DNA of 64,000 nt from Pelagibacteraceae bacterium AG-404-P08 (GTDB lineage Bacteria; Pseudomonadota; Alphaproteobacteria; HIMB59): the NCBI GenBank assembly GCA_003216195.1, contig QCJF01000006.1, positions 27,564-91,563 on the forward strand, in the 5' to 3' direction. Below the pieces are notes generated by a model that did no database searches, was not told the origin of the DNA, and saw only the letters and a program-made list of their open reading frames with translations. Made by a program: the position numbers and the translations under genes. Of the stretch, positions 10,087 through 21,354 are shown in pieces (position 1 is the stretch's first letter; every line of letters starts with the position of its first letter).

Positions 10087-11346
10087 ATGCACGATATTAA
10101 TTTTATAAGAGATAATCCAGATTTATTTGATGAATTATTAAACAAGAGATTTATTGATCCAAAGTCTAATGAAATCATCTCACTTGATAAAAAAAAAAGA
10201 GAAATATTAACTAAATCTCAAGAACTACGATCAGAAAGAAAGAATTTATCATCTTCTTTTGCAAATCTTAACGACGGTGATAAAGCCGAATTACAAAAAA
10301 AAGTACAATTAATTAAAAATCAGATTGATGAACTAGAAAATGATATTTCAATAATAGATGAGCAATTAAAAAACAATTTATCTAGTTTGCCAAACCTCCC
10401 ACATAGTGATGTACCTGTTGGAAAAGACGAAAATTCAAACAAATTAATTAAACAAGTTGGGAAAATTCCCTCTTTTAGTTTTACACCAAAGTCTCATTAT
10501 GAACTTGGAGAAAACTTGGAAATGATTGATTTTGAGCAAGCTGGGAAAGTCTCAGGTACTAGGTTTGTCTATTTAAAGAAAAAAATTGCTCAATTAGAGA
10601 GAGCTATAGCTAATTTTATGTTGGATAAACACACAAATGAATTTGACTATACAGAAATTAATCCTCCTAATTTAGTTAGAGATGCAGCAGCTTATGGAAC
10701 TGGACAATTGCCAAAATTTTCAGAGGATTTATTCAAAACTAATACAAAACATTGGTTAATACCAACAGCAGAGGTTCCATTAACTAATTTAGTATTAGAT
10801 AAAATCGTATCTGATAAGAATCTGCCCCTGAGGTACACAGCTTGGACACCATGTTATAGATCTGAAGCTGGAGCAGCTGGAAGAGATACAAGGGGAATGA
10901 TAAGACAGCATCAATTTTCTAAAGTCGAATTAGTTAGCATAACTAAAGAGGATGAGTCGGAAAAAGAGTTGGAAAGAATGTTAAGTTGTGCAACTTCTAT
11001 ACTAGATGATTTAAAAATTCCTTACCAAGTTATTTTATTATCTACAGGTGATATGGGTTTTTCTGCAGAAAAAACTTATGATATTGAAGTTTGGTTACCT
11101 GGTGAGGGTAAATATAGAGAAATATCCTCTTGTAGTAATTGTAATTCTTTTCAAGCTAGGAGAATGAATGCTCGTTATAAAGTTTCAGATCAAAATAAAT
11201 TTGTTCACACTTTAAATGGATCTGGTCTAGCAGTGGGGAGGACATTAATAGCAATTTTGGAAAACTATCAAAACGAGGATGGTAGTATAAGTATTCCACA
11301 GGTCCTGAAACCGTATATGGGGAATTTAGATAAAATCTCTAAATAA
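10087..11346 (+). CDS. serS: Serine--tRNA ligase
   Basis: LIPTAEV, RSEAG, RQHQFSKVE, EISSCSNC and HTLNGSGLA motifs. Confidence 0.98.
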   Translation: MHDINFIRDNPDLFDELLNKRFIDPKSNEIISLDKKKREILTKSQELRSERKNLSSSFANLNDGDKAELQKKVQLIKNQIDELENDISIIDEQLKNNLSSLPNLPHSDVPVGKDENSNKLIKQVGKIPSFSFTPKSHYELGENLEMIDFEQAGKVSGTRFVYLKKKIAQLERAIANFMLDKHTNEFDYTEINPPNLVRDAAAYGTGQLPKFSEDLFKTNTKHWLIPTAEVPLTNLVLDKIVSDKNLPLRYTAWTPCYRSEAGAAGRDTRGMIRQHQFSKVELVSITKEDESEKELERMLSCATSILDDLKIPYQVILLSTGDMGFSAEKTYDIEVWLPGEGKYREISSCSNCNSFQARRMNARYKVSDQNKFVHTLNGSGLAVGRTLIAILENYQNEDGSISIPQVLKPYMGNLDKISK

Positions 11347-12097
11347 TTATATTCTTACTAGAACAATAATATTTAAAAAATTGGTAAGCAGATCTACCTG
11401 TTCTATTTCCTCTTGAAAAGATCCATTTGAGTGCACTATTTTCAATCTCATTATCAAATTCTACTTTATAAAATTTACAATAATTTTTAATTATCAATAT
11501 AAAGTCTTTCTTACTTAAGTTATGAAAACTAATCCATAATCCAAATCGATCAGATAAAGATAATTTTTCTTCAATCCCCTCATCTTGAGATATTGCAGAT
11601 GATCTCTCATTATCTAACATATCTCTCTTCATTAAATGCCTTCTGTTACTTGTGACATATATTAGAAATTCATAGTTTGAGTTGTAAAAAGACCCTTCAA
11701 GAAACGATTTAAACTGAATATATCTTCTATCATTTTGTTCAAAAGATAGATCGTCAATAAATATTATGATTTTTTTATCGAACTTATAATTTAAAAAAAT
11801 ATTTGGTAAATCTGATAAATCTTCACTATTAATTTCTAATGTTTCAAATTTATCATATATATGTGCATAATTTTTTAAAATACCCCTTATAATACTGCTT
11901 TTGCCACTTCCTCGTACACCCCATAAAAGACCATGATTAAAAGCTAAACCTTCTAAAAAGTTTTTTGTATTTTCCTCAATTTTTTTTATTTGTTGATCAA
12001 CACCATACAAAAGCTTTAAATCAAGGACATTATTGTATGGTATTTTATCTAAAGAATTTTTTGATCTATTCCAGCAGAGTAAATATTTATTTTTCAA
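11339..12097 (-). CDS. AAA+ ATP-binding protein, DUF815 family
   Basis: LLWGVRGSGKSS, FIDDLSFE, TSNRRHL, SLSDRFGL and GRSAYQF; usual neighbour of yajC. Confidence 0.88.
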   Translation of the reverse strand: MKNKYLLCWNRSKNSLDKIPYNNVLDLKLLYGVDQQIKKIEENTKNFLEGLAFNHGLLWGVRGSGKSSIIRGILKNYAHIYDKFETLEINSEDLSDLPNIFLNYKFDKKIIIFIDDLSFEQNDRRYIQFKSFLEGSFYNSNYEFLIYVTSNRRHLMKRDMLDNERSSAISQDEGIEEKLSLSDRFGLWISFHNLSKKDFILIIKNYCKFYKVEFDNEIENSALKWIFSRGNRTGRSAYQFFKYYCSSKNIII

Positions 12098-12166
12098 TTT
12101 TATGTTGACTTCATTGATGATTGTGAGATTTTAGTTCTTATTTTATTAATTTAAAGGATTTAAATC

Positions 12167-12430
12167 ATGGAACAACTTGCAGGAATTCTACCACTTATAT
12201 TAATTTTTGTCGTTTTCTACTTTTTACTTATTAGGCCCCAACAAAAGAAATTAAAAGATCACAAAAATATGATCGCAAATTTAAAAAAAGGTGATCGAGT
12301 GGTGACCCAAGGCGGAATTATAGGCAACATCCATTACGTAAATGACGATGGTACTCTTTCTGTAGAAATAGCAGATAACGTTCAAGTCAAAGTAGCTAAG
12401 GGTATGATAGCTGATATAGCAGCTAAATAG
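12167..12430 (+). CDS. yajC: Preprotein translocase subunit YajC
   Basis: FYFLLIRPQQK...LKKGDRVVTQGG. Confidence 0.97.
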   Translation: MEQLAGILPLILIFVVFYFLLIRPQQKKLKDHKNMIANLKKGDRVVTQGGIIGNIHYVNDDGTLSVEIADNVQVKVAKGMIADIAAK

Positions 12431-12452
12431 CTTAATAAACTAAATTAAAATA

Positions 12453-13910
12453 ATGATTATTTTTAAACAGTGGAGATTATGGGTATCTTTATTACTGTTA
12501 ATAGGAAGCTATATATTTATTAAACCTAATTTTGAAAGTCAAACATCTGATAGCAAAATAAATTTTGGATTAGACATTCAGGGAGGTTTTTCATATTTAC
12601 TTGAATTGAATGAGGAAGAATATCTTAACAATCTTTTAGTTAAAACATCTCAATATATTGAAAATACTTATTCTATTTCATCCGATATAGATAATGGAGA
12701 AATTGTAATATCTAAAAACCAAAATTTAGATGTTCTTACAAATATTGTTATACAAAATTTAGGTTTAGAAATTAATGAAAAATCAGATAAGGAAAATAGT
12801 TATATTTTCTCTAAACAAAGTTTTAATAAATCATTGTCAGATATGACTTTAAATGCAGTTGAAATTGTAAGGTCAAGAGTTGATTTTCTTGGTAATAAAG
12901 AATTATCTATACAAAAAGTAGGTTTAAATAAAATTTTATTAGAAATACCTGGTGATTTGGATAATAACGTCAAAGAAGTAATCTCTAAAACGGCTAAATT
13001 AACATTACACCTAGAAAAAAATAATATAATTGGTTCTAAGACTTTTATAAACGAAGAAACTGGTGAACAAGTTAGAGTTCAAGAAATTCCAAATATAACT
13101 GGTGACTATATTCAAGATGCATCACTTCAATATAATCAAAATGAACCAGTCGTTGCTTTTTCTTTTAATAAAGAAGGTTCAGATCTTTTTGCGAAAATGA
13201 CTTCTGAAAATGTTGGTTCTAGATTTGCAATAGTTCTTGATGGTTCTTTAATTACTGCTCCCGTTATAAGAGAGTCAATTACTGGCGGCAGTGGTCAAAT
13301 ATCTGGAGGTTTTACAAATGAAACTGCTAACAATCTTGCAATCATTTTAAAGTCTGGATCTTTACCAACTCAAATAAAAATAATTCAAGAAAAACAAATA
13401 GGCCCAACTCTTGGACAAGAAGGCGTAGAGAAAGGAGTTATAGCATCAATAATAGCTCTTATAGCTATTACTCTTTTTATGATTATTTATTATAAAATTT
13501 CAGGATTTTTTACAGTTATCACAATTATTAGCTGTTTGTCTTTACTTTTTGCAATGATGTCTTTATTAAACACAACATTAACTCTGCCTGGTGTTATTGG
13601 AATAGTATTAACAATAGGAATGTGTGTAGATGCAAATGTTTTAATATTTGAAAGAATTCGAGAAAATTTTAAACATAATATTGAAGATCCTAAAAATCAT
13701 GGTTTCAATTCTGCCTATGTAACTATTCTTGACTCTAATTTAACAACATTATTCGCAGCAATTTTTTTATTTGCTTTTGGTTTTGGGCCTATTAGAGGTT
13801 TTTCAATTTCATTAATTATTGGAATTATATCCTCTCTGATAGTTACTTACATAATACTAAAATTATTTATTAATATAACTTCAATAAAATACCTTGGACT
13901 TCAAAGATGA
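12453..13910 (+). CDS. secD: Protein translocase subunit SecD
   Basis: GLDIQGG, IGPTLG, TLPG and DANVLIFERIRE motifs. Confidence 0.96.
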   Translation: MIIFKQWRLWVSLLLLIGSYIFIKPNFESQTSDSKINFGLDIQGGFSYLLELNEEEYLNNLLVKTSQYIENTYSISSDIDNGEIVISKNQNLDVLTNIVIQNLGLEINEKSDKENSYIFSKQSFNKSLSDMTLNAVEIVRSRVDFLGNKELSIQKVGLNKILLEIPGDLDNNVKEVISKTAKLTLHLEKNNIIGSKTFINEETGEQVRVQEIPNITGDYIQDASLQYNQNEPVVAFSFNKEGSDLFAKMTSENVGSRFAIVLDGSLITAPVIRESITGGSGQISGGFTNETANNLAIILKSGSLPTQIKIIQEKQIGPTLGQEGVEKGVIASIIALIAITLFMIIYYKISGFFTVITIISCLSLLFAMMSLLNTTLTLPGVIGIVLTIGMCVDANVLIFERIRENFKHNIEDPKNHGFNSAYVTILDSNLTTLFAAIFLFAFGFGPIRGFSISLIIGIISSLIVTYIILKLFINITSIKYLGLQR

Positions 13911-14779
13911 TTAATTTTTACTCATTTAAAAATAAATCTTATTTAGTCTCCCTTACTCTTATAATTCTAACAATTATAATTATTTTTTTTAAAGGATTAA
14001 ATTTGGGAATTGATTTCAAAGGTGGATTGAACTTTGAGGTAAAATCAAACTTAACAACTAATCAGCTTAATGAATATTTTGATTTTATAGACTCTGACAG
14101 AGAAGTTTTAATTAAAAGAGAGGTTGGCAGTGATGTTTTCAGCATCAGAATAGAGTCAGGTGATAATAATCCTGTTTTTATTGAAGAAATAAAAAATATA
14201 ATTGATCAAAACCAGGATATTGAAATATTACTCTCTGAGTATATAGAACCAACTTTTAGTGAAGAACTTATAAAAAATTCTATTTATGCTTTAGCATCTT
14301 CTTTGTTAGTAATAGCTGTTTATGTTTGGATAAGGTTTGATTGGCAGTTTGCAGCATCAGGTATATTCGCATTATTACATGATGTTTTTGTAGCTATAGG
14401 CTTTATGTCATTATTTAATATCGAATTTAATTTAACAATGATCGCTGCTTTGCTACTAATTGCAGGTTACAGCATCAACGACACCATAGTTTTATTTGAT
14501 CGGCTAAGAAGTTTAACTTCAAATGAGGAAAATAAAGATAATTTTGAAACTAATGTTAACAACTCTATTAAATTAAATCTTCGAAGAACTATATTGACAA
14601 GTTTCACAACTATATTGGCATTATTATGTCTAGTTTTTCTTGCACCTGTCAATTTAACTGAAATGCCAATAGTTTTTATTTTTGGTGTTTTGATTGGAAC
14701 TTTTTCTTCTTTATTTCTGGTGCTTGGAATAGTGGGGGATTTGAATTATGAAGCAGTACTTAAAGCAAGAGACTCTTGA
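13907..14779 (+). CDS. secF: Protein translocase subunit SecF
   Basis: GIDFKGG, HDV and GYSINDTIVLFDRLR motifs. Confidence 0.96.
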   Translation: MINFYSFKNKSYLVSLTLIILTIIIIFFKGLNLGIDFKGGLNFEVKSNLTTNQLNEYFDFIDSDREVLIKREVGSDVFSIRIESGDNNPVFIEEIKNIIDQNQDIEILLSEYIEPTFSEELIKNSIYALASSLLVIAVYVWIRFDWQFAASGIFALLHDVFVAIGFMSLFNIEFNLTMIAALLLIAGYSINDTIVLFDRLRSLTSNEENKDNFETNVNNSIKLNLRRTILTSFTTILALLCLVFLAPVNLTEMPIVFIFGVLIGTFSSLFLVLGIVGDLNYEAVLKARDS

Positions 14780-17547
14780 TATTTTTTTAAATAAATACCT
14801 GTTTGATTATTTTTATTCTTAATTAGGTCTTTAGGTTTACCTTCAAATAAAATATTTCCACCTTTTTCTCCACCCTCAGGCCCTAGATCTATAATCCAAT
14901 CACTTGTGTTAATAACATCTAAGTTGTGTTCTATTACAATTACAGTATTTCCATAAGACACTAATTTATGAAGTATCTCTAATAGTTTCTTTATATCATC
15001 AAAGTGAAGTCCGGTTGTTGGTTCGTCTAAAATATAAAGTGTTTTACCAGTTTGACGTTTCGATAATTCTTTAGAGAGTTTAATCCTTTGAGCTTCTCCA
15101 CCGGATAGTGTTGTTGCTGATTGACCGATAGAAATATACCCTAAACCAACATCTTTTAGTGTTTTAAGCTTTGAATATACTTGTGGATTATTAATAAAAA
15201 ATTCTTCAGCATCATCTACTGTCATTGATAAAATATCATTAATATTTTTTTTATTGTATTGAATACTCAACGTTTCCTTATTATATCTTTTTCCGTTACA
15301 AACTTCACATTTGACATATACAGGAGCTAAAAAATGCATTTCAATTTTTTTTAATCCATCACCCTCACAACTCTCACACCTACCTCCTTTAACATTAAAT
15401 GAAAATCTGCCAGGTTTAAAACCTTTAACTTTAGCCTCTGGTAAATTTGCAAACCATTCTCTGATTGGTGTAAAAAGCCCAACATAAGTAGCTGGGTTTG
15501 ATCTTGGTGTTCTTCCAATTGGCGATTGATCGATATTTATAACTTTATCAATATTTTCTATACCTTTAATGTCCTCATATGGGAGTGTTTTTATAATTTT
15601 TTCATAAATTCTGTTATTAGTAGCTCCATACAAAGTCTCATTAATTAATGTCGACTTTCCACTTCCAGATACACCAGTTATAGTTATAAACTTACTCAAA
15701 GGAAATTTTACACTCACATCTTTTAAATTATTGCCATTTGCCTTTTTAATTTCAATAAATTGTTTTGATGGAATTTTATTAAGAGTGGGTGGATACCTAC
15801 CAATTAAACCCCTTATATAGCTACTTGTTAAACTATCTTTACTATTTAGTATTTTGTTAAATTCGCCGTTAGCTACAATAGATCCACCATTGATACCCGC
15901 ATGCTTACCGATATCAACTACATAATCTGCCTCTCTTATAATATCCTCATCATGCTCAACGACTATTATTGTGTTACCTAAATCTCTTAAATTCTTAAGA
16001 GTATTTATAAGTTTTTGATTATCTCTTTGATGAAGTCCTATTGAAGGTTCATCTAATACATATGTAACTCCAGTTAAACCAGACCCAATTTGACTTGCTA
16101 ATCGAATTCTTTGAGACTCTCCACCAGATAGAGTAGAACTTTTTCTCGATAAACTTAGGTAATTCAAACCAACTTCATTTAAAAAATTTAATCTAGAAAA
16201 GATTTCTTTTTTTAATGGAGCTGCTATTAGTTTTTCCTGATCATTTAATCCATTTTCAAATTCATTAATCCACTTTAAAGAATTAGCTATACTCAGAGAA
16301 GTAAAGTCAGAAATAGTTATGTTATTAATCTTAACACATAGTGCTTTTTCATTTAGTCGTTTTCCATTACAGTCATGACAAGTTTTTGAATTTCTAAATT
16401 TTTCAAGCTCCCATTGCCTCCACCAACTTGAAGAGCCATCATAGATATCGTCCATAATATTTATTAAACCATCAAATTGTCTTCCACCAAAAAGAACCTC
16501 ATTTTGAAAAGATTTAGGTATTTTAGACCAAATAACATTTTCTAATTTTTTTGCATTAAACATTTTTTTTAGCTTTGGAAATAATCGTGATTTTGATCTT
16601 TCTGACCAAAAATTTAATGCTCCATCATTAAATGATAAATTTTTATCAGGTATCAATATATCTTCATCAAATGTATCTATCTCACCAAGACCGTCACATG
16701 TTTTACAAGCTCCATATGGATTATTAAAACTAAATAATCTGGGTTCTATCTCATCAATGCTAAATCCGCTTACGGGACACATGAATTTATCAGACAATGT
16801 AATTATTTCATTATCATCAATATTAAATACCTCTACACTTCCTTCACTTTCTTTTAAACTAATTTCAATACTATTTGCTAATCTATCTCTATTATCTTTT
16901 GACGGTATTATTCTATCAATTACAACACTTATAGAATGTTTAAAGTTTTTGCTTAATTCAGGTAGCTCTTCTTTTTGATAAAGTTTGTTATTAATCAAAA
17001 ATCTCTCGTAACCTTTTTTAAAATATTCCTCAAAGAGTTTTTTATACTCTCCTTTTCTCCCTTTAATTAATGGAGACATAATCATTATTTTTTTTGAATT
17101 AAATTTTAAATTAACTTCATCTATCATTTCCGAGCTAGTTAAGCCTTTGATTGGTTTTCCAGTTGCGGGTGAGTAGGGTACACCAACTCTTGAGAATAGA
17201 ACCCTTAGATAATCATAAATTTCAGTTACTGTTCCTACCGTTGATCTAGGGTTTTTGGAAGTAGTTTTTTGATCGATTGAAATAGCAGGAGATAAACCTT
17301 CTATTTTATCAACCTTGGGTTTATCCATCATATCTAAAAACTGACGGGCATAAGCACTTAGTGATTCGATATACTTTCTCTGTCCCTCTGCATAAATTGT
17401 ATCGAAGGCTAATGTTGATTTGCCAGATCCACTCACACCAGTTATTACAACGAGTTTATTTTTTGGTAAATTTAAATTTATATTTTTTAAATTATGTTCA
17501 TGGGCATTATGAACAATTATGTGAGTAAGTGGTGAATGTTTATCCAT
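14746..17547 (-). CDS. uvrA: Excinuclease ABC subunit A
   Basis: Two ABC domains (GVSGSGKS twice, LSGGE twice) and zinc fingers. ATG 17547 preferred; the ORF extends to 17562. Confidence 0.98.
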   Translation of the reverse strand: MDKHSPLTHIIVHNAHEHNLKNINLNLPKNKLVVITGVSGSGKSTLAFDTIYAEGQRKYIESLSAYARQFLDMMDKPKVDKIEGLSPAISIDQKTTSKNPRSTVGTVTEIYDYLRVLFSRVGVPYSPATGKPIKGLTSSEMIDEVNLKFNSKKIMIMSPLIKGRKGEYKKLFEEYFKKGYERFLINNKLYQKEELPELSKNFKHSISVVIDRIIPSKDNRDRLANSIEISLKESEGSVEVFNIDDNEIITLSDKFMCPVSGFSIDEIEPRLFSFNNPYGACKTCDGLGEIDTFDEDILIPDKNLSFNDGALNFWSERSKSRLFPKLKKMFNAKKLENVIWSKIPKSFQNEVLFGGRQFDGLINIMDDIYDGSSSWWRQWELEKFRNSKTCHDCNGKRLNEKALCVKINNITISDFTSLSIANSLKWINEFENGLNDQEKLIAAPLKKEIFSRLNFLNEVGLNYLSLSRKSSTLSGGESQRIRLASQIGSGLTGVTYVLDEPSIGLHQRDNQKLINTLKNLRDLGNTIIVVEHDEDIIREADYVVDIGKHAGINGGSIVANGEFNKILNSKDSLTSSYIRGLIGRYPPTLNKIPSKQFIEIKKANGNNLKDVSVKFPLSKFITITGVSGSGKSTLINETLYGATNNRIYEKIIKTLPYEDIKGIENIDKVINIDQSPIGRTPRSNPATYVGLFTPIREWFANLPEAKVKGFKPGRFSFNVKGGRCESCEGDGLKKIEMHFLAPVYVKCEVCNGKRYNKETLSIQYNKKNINDILSMTVDDAEEFFINNPQVYSKLKTLKDVGLGYISIGQSATTLSGGEAQRIKLSKELSKRQTGKTLYILDEPTTGLHFDDIKKLLEILHKLVSYGNTVIVIEHNLDVINTSDWIIDLGPEGGEKGGNILFEGKPKDLIKNKNNQTGIYLKKYQESLALSTAS

Positions 17548-17611
17548 TAAATTAGATATCAATTAAAGGGCTTTTAATATATATTAATATTACCTTTTAA
17601 TAAAAATATTC

Positions 17612-18082
17612 ATGGCTGGATCAGTAAATAAAGTAATTCTTCTAGGTAACTTAGGCAAAGATCCTGATATTAGAGCTACAACAGCTGGATCGAGACTTGC
17701 TAGTTTTTCAATCGCTACTTCTACGAAATACCGAAACAAAGATACTCAACAGTTAGAGGATAAGACTGAATGGCACAGAGTTGTTGTTTTTAATGATAAG
17801 TTAGCTGATATTTGTGAAAAATATTTAAGGAAAGGTTCAAAGATATACATAGAAGGTCAACTTCAAACAAGGAAATGGACTGATAATAATGGTGTTGATA
17901 AATACACTACTGAAGTAGTTATTCCAAACTATTCTGGAGTATTAACGATGTTAGATACTCGTTCTCAATCATCTGTTAGTGATGAAAATAATAGTAATCA
18001 ATTAGACTCAGCAGCAGATGAAGCAATGGGTGGTTCAGAAACATCTACAGCTGAACAACTCGATGATGACATTCCTTTTTAA
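17612..18082 (+). CDS. ssb: Single-stranded DNA-binding protein
   Basis: [20 protein letters not shown] and C-terminal DDDIPF. Confidence 0.98.
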   Translation: MAGSVNKVILLGNLGKDPDIRATTAGSRLASFSIATSTKYRNKDTQQLEDKTEWHRVVVFNDKLADICEKYLRKGSKIYIEGQLQTRKWTDNNGVDKYTTEVVIPNYSGVLTMLDTRSQSSVSDENNSNQLDSAADEAMGGSETSTAEQLDDDIPF

Positions 18083-18090
18083 AAAAATCA

Positions 18091-20757
18091 TTGGCTAAAA
18101 AGAAAAAAACTAAAGCAAAACAGTTAGATGTTTTGGATACTAAAATATATCCAAACATAGATATTACAGATGAATTAGAAAAAAGTTATTTAGATTATGC
18201 TATGAGTGTCATAGTCTCTAGAGCTTTACCCGACGTTAGGGATGGATTAAAACCAGTTCACAGAAGAATACTTTACTCTATGTATGAGTCTTCGTACCAT
18301 CACAACAAACCTTATAAAAAATCTGCGAGAATAGTTGGAGATGTTATGGGTAAATATCACCCTCATGGTGACTCTGCTATATATGAGTCTATGGTTAGAA
18401 TGGCACAAGATTTTACAATGCGTCTCCCCTTAATAGATGGCCAGGGAAATTATGGTTCTATGGACGGAGATCCTGCTGCAGCTATGCGTTACACCGAAGC
18501 TAGATTAGATAAAATCTCATCTTTTATGTTAGAAGAATTAGAGTATGAAACAGTTCAACTTAGAGCAAATTACGATGAGACATTAACAGAACCAAAAGTT
18601 TTACCATCAAGATTTCCAAATATTTTTGTAAATGGTGCCAGTGGTATTGCAGTAGGAATGGCAACAAATATTCCTCCTCATAATCTTGGTGAAATTATAG
18701 ACGCTACTTTACTTCTAGTAGACGAACCAGATACAACTTCTAAACAACTTCATAAGATCGTTAAAGGGCCAGATTTTCCAACTGGAGGAATTATATCTGG
18801 TACTGCTGGTCTAAGCTCAATGTATGAAACAGGTAGGGGAAGTGTAACAGTCTTATCTAAACTTCATGAAGAAAAAATTAAGAGTAGAAATGCAATTATA
18901 ATTACAGAAATTCCTTACTTGCAAAATAAGTCAAAACTTTTAGAGCGTATTGCTGACGTAGTTAATAATAAAACGATAGAGGGTATAAACGATATTCGTG
19001 ATGAGTCGAATAAAGAGGGCGTTAGAATTGTAGTTGAATTAAAATCATCTGCTGTGCCTGAAATAATAAAAAATCAGCTATTTCAATATACTCCCTTAAA
19101 AACCTCATTCAGCAGTAATATGCTTGCATTGAAAGAGACAAAGCCTTTAACGCTTAATTTAAAAGATGGCCTCACTTATTTTATTAATTTTAGAAAAGAT
19201 GTTATTACAAAAAGAACTGTATATAAACTTAACAAAGCAAGAGAAAAAGCTAACATTTTAATTGGATTATCAATTGCTGTTAATAATATTGATGCAGTAA
19301 TTAACCTTATTAAAAAATCAAAAACTCCTTCAGAGGCTAAAGAAAAATTATTATCAACAAAATGGACAGTGAAATCTAATGTTACTCAATACATTAAGTT
19401 AATAAACCCTTCTTTTAAGTTATCAGGATCTAAGATACTGTTAGATGAGGAACAAGCTAAGGCTATTCTAGAATTAAGACTTCAAAAGTTAACAGCTTTA
19501 GAAAGAGACGATTTATTTAATAATTTAAAATCACTTGTAGAAGATATAAATACATATCTCAAAATATTAAATTCAGATAAGCAATTATTAAAAGTATTAC
19601 AAAGTGAATTGACAGAAATAAAAGATAATTTTTCTACAGATCGAAAAACTGAAATTCAAAAACATGATATTGAAGACATAGATACGGAAGATCTAATAAT
19701 CGAAGAAGATGTTGTTGTCACAGTTTCCCATCAAGGTTACATAAAAAGAGTTTTAAAATCCTCTTACAAAGTTCAAAAAAGAGGTGGTAAAGGTAAAAAA
19801 GCTATGACTACACGAGATGAAGATTTTCTTGAACAAGTATTTGCAGCCACTACTCGTGATACAATATTATTTTTTACTTCAGTTGGAAAAGTTTATTCTA
19901 TGAAAGCCTATGAATTACCTGCTGGCACACCTACATCGAGGGGAAAAGCAATAGTTAATCTTATTCCAATAACAAAAAACGAAAAAATTTCTTCTATTCT
20001 TACATTGCCAAAAGATATTGATGATTTTGAGAATTGTAATTTAGTTTTTGCTACTAGCCTTGGGAATATTAGAAAAAATAAACTAAAAGATGTTGCAATG
20101 AGTGGCTCAAGAAAATTATCTAGAACAGGTAAGACTGCAATTAAACTTAAAACAGGAGATAGGTTAATTGGTGTAATTTCTGTTATAGAAAATGATGATG
20201 TACAACTTGCAACAACTAATGGTAAATCAATCAGATTTGCTACAAAAGATTTAAGAGAGTTTTCAGGATTAGGTTCTGCTGGTGTAAGAGGGATTAAACT
20301 AGCTAAAGATGATAAAGTTGTATCTGTATGCAGTTTACTTCACAATAAAATATCTATAGATGTAAGAGAGTCCTATTTAAAAGCAAAAAATGAGGCTAAA
20401 AAAGATATATCAAAAATAAACAATAAATTTAAAGAACTTGCAAATACAGAAGAATATCTCTTATCAATTACCGAAAATGGCTATGGTAAGTTAAGTTCTG
20501 CTTATGAATACAGAATTACTAATAGAGGTGGATCGGGAGTTACTAATATTACTGTCACCCCTAAAAATGGAAGAGTTATTCAATCATTAAAAGTAAATTT
20601 GGATGATAATATAGCTTTAATTTCAGATACTGGTAAATTATTAAGGTGTAATGTTGGAGATAACATCAGAGTAGTTGGAAGAGTTTCCCAAGGTGTCTCT
20701 GTATTTAAAGTAGATGCTAATGAAAAAATAGTCTCTGTAGCAAGGTTAGAAGATTAA
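18091..20757 (+). CDS. gyrA: DNA gyrase subunit A
   Basis: [22 protein letters not shown] and the GyrA box QKRGGKG; TTG start. Confidence 0.98.
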   Translation: MAKKKKTKAKQLDVLDTKIYPNIDITDELEKSYLDYAMSVIVSRALPDVRDGLKPVHRRILYSMYESSYHHNKPYKKSARIVGDVMGKYHPHGDSAIYESMVRMAQDFTMRLPLIDGQGNYGSMDGDPAAAMRYTEARLDKISSFMLEELEYETVQLRANYDETLTEPKVLPSRFPNIFVNGASGIAVGMATNIPPHNLGEIIDATLLLVDEPDTTSKQLHKIVKGPDFPTGGIISGTAGLSSMYETGRGSVTVLSKLHEEKIKSRNAIIITEIPYLQNKSKLLERIADVVNNKTIEGINDIRDESNKEGVRIVVELKSSAVPEIIKNQLFQYTPLKTSFSSNMLALKETKPLTLNLKDGLTYFINFRKDVITKRTVYKLNKAREKANILIGLSIAVNNIDAVINLIKKSKTPSEAKEKLLSTKWTVKSNVTQYIKLINPSFKLSGSKILLDEEQAKAILELRLQKLTALERDDLFNNLKSLVEDINTYLKILNSDKQLLKVLQSELTEIKDNFSTDRKTEIQKHDIEDIDTEDLIIEEDVVVTVSHQGYIKRVLKSSYKVQKRGGKGKKAMTTRDEDFLEQVFAATTRDTILFFTSVGKVYSMKAYELPAGTPTSRGKAIVNLIPITKNEKISSILTLPKDIDDFENCNLVFATSLGNIRKNKLKDVAMSGSRKLSRTGKTAIKLKTGDRLIGVISVIENDDVQLATTNGKSIRFATKDLREFSGLGSAGVRGIKLAKDDKVVSVCSLLHNKISIDVRESYLKAKNEAKKDISKINNKFKELANTEEYLLSITENGYGKLSSAYEYRITNRGGSGVTNITVTPKNGRVIQSLKVNLDDNIALISDTGKLLRCNVGDNIRVVGRVSQGVSVFKVDANEKIVSVARLED

Positions 20758-20758
20758 A

Positions 20759-21247
20759 ATGTCAAAAATTGGTATATATCCCGGTTCATTCGATCCAATC
20801 ACTTATGGACATCTTGATATTATTCAAAGGAGTTTAAGTGTAGTTGATGAATTAGTTATCGCTGTTTCAAATAATAAGTCTAAAAATCACCTAATATCTA
20901 TTGATGATAGATTAAATTTAATCAATCAATCAATTTCATCTCTTCCAGAAAAAGATTTATTAAAAATTAAAGTAGAAAAATTTAATAATTTACTAGTACA
21001 CTATGTAAAATCAAAAAATGCTTCATTAATTATTCGAGGTTTAAGAGCTGTTTCAGATTTTGAGTATGAATTTTTAATGACTGGTATGAATAGATCAATC
21101 GATAAAGATATTGAAACTATTTTTTTAATGTCTTCAGAAAAATATCATTTTATATCATCGAGATTTATAAAAGAGATACACAAGTTGGGTGGGGATATTT
21201 CCAAAAGTGTACCAAAACCAGTCCTTGATTTCTTGGCAAAAATTTGA
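20759..21247 (+). CDS. coaD: Phosphopantetheine adenylyltransferase
   Basis: YPGSFDPITYGH and RGLRAVSDFEYE motifs. Confidence 0.98.
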   Translation: MSKIGIYPGSFDPITYGHLDIIQRSLSVVDELVIAVSNNKSKNHLISIDDRLNLINQSISSLPEKDLLKIKVEKFNNLLVHYVKSKNASLIIRGLRAVSDFEYEFLMTGMNRSIDKDIETIFLMSSEKYHFISSRFIKEIHKLGGDISKSVPKPVLDFLAKI

Positions 21248-21269
21248 AATGTTCACAATTATTCTACAC

Positions 21270-21345
21270 GGGCCCATAGCTCAGCCGGTAGAGCACCTGA
21301 CTTTTAATCAGGGTGTCGCAGGTTCGAATCCTGCTGGGCTCACCA
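21270..21345 (+). tRNA. tRNA-Lys(UUU)
   Basis: 76-nt cloverleaf: acceptor GGGCCCA/TGGGCTC, anticodon arm CCTGA-CTTTTAA-TCAGG, T-loop GTTCGAATC, encoded CCA. Confidence 0.98.
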
Positions 21346-21354
21346 CTTAAAACT

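Noticed and set aside
17548-17611. LexA box between uvrA and ssb
   Set aside because: No GTTC-N7-GTTC or GAAC-N7-GAAC repeat in the intergenic region.
18340-18400. Quinolone-resistance substitution in GyrA
   Set aside because: HGDSAIYE keeps Ser83, and Glu at the 87-equivalent position is a common natural variant.
21313-21354. N-terminal extension of the YtoQ ORF in the track
   Set aside because: It overlaps the tRNA; ATG 21355 fits the family N-terminus.
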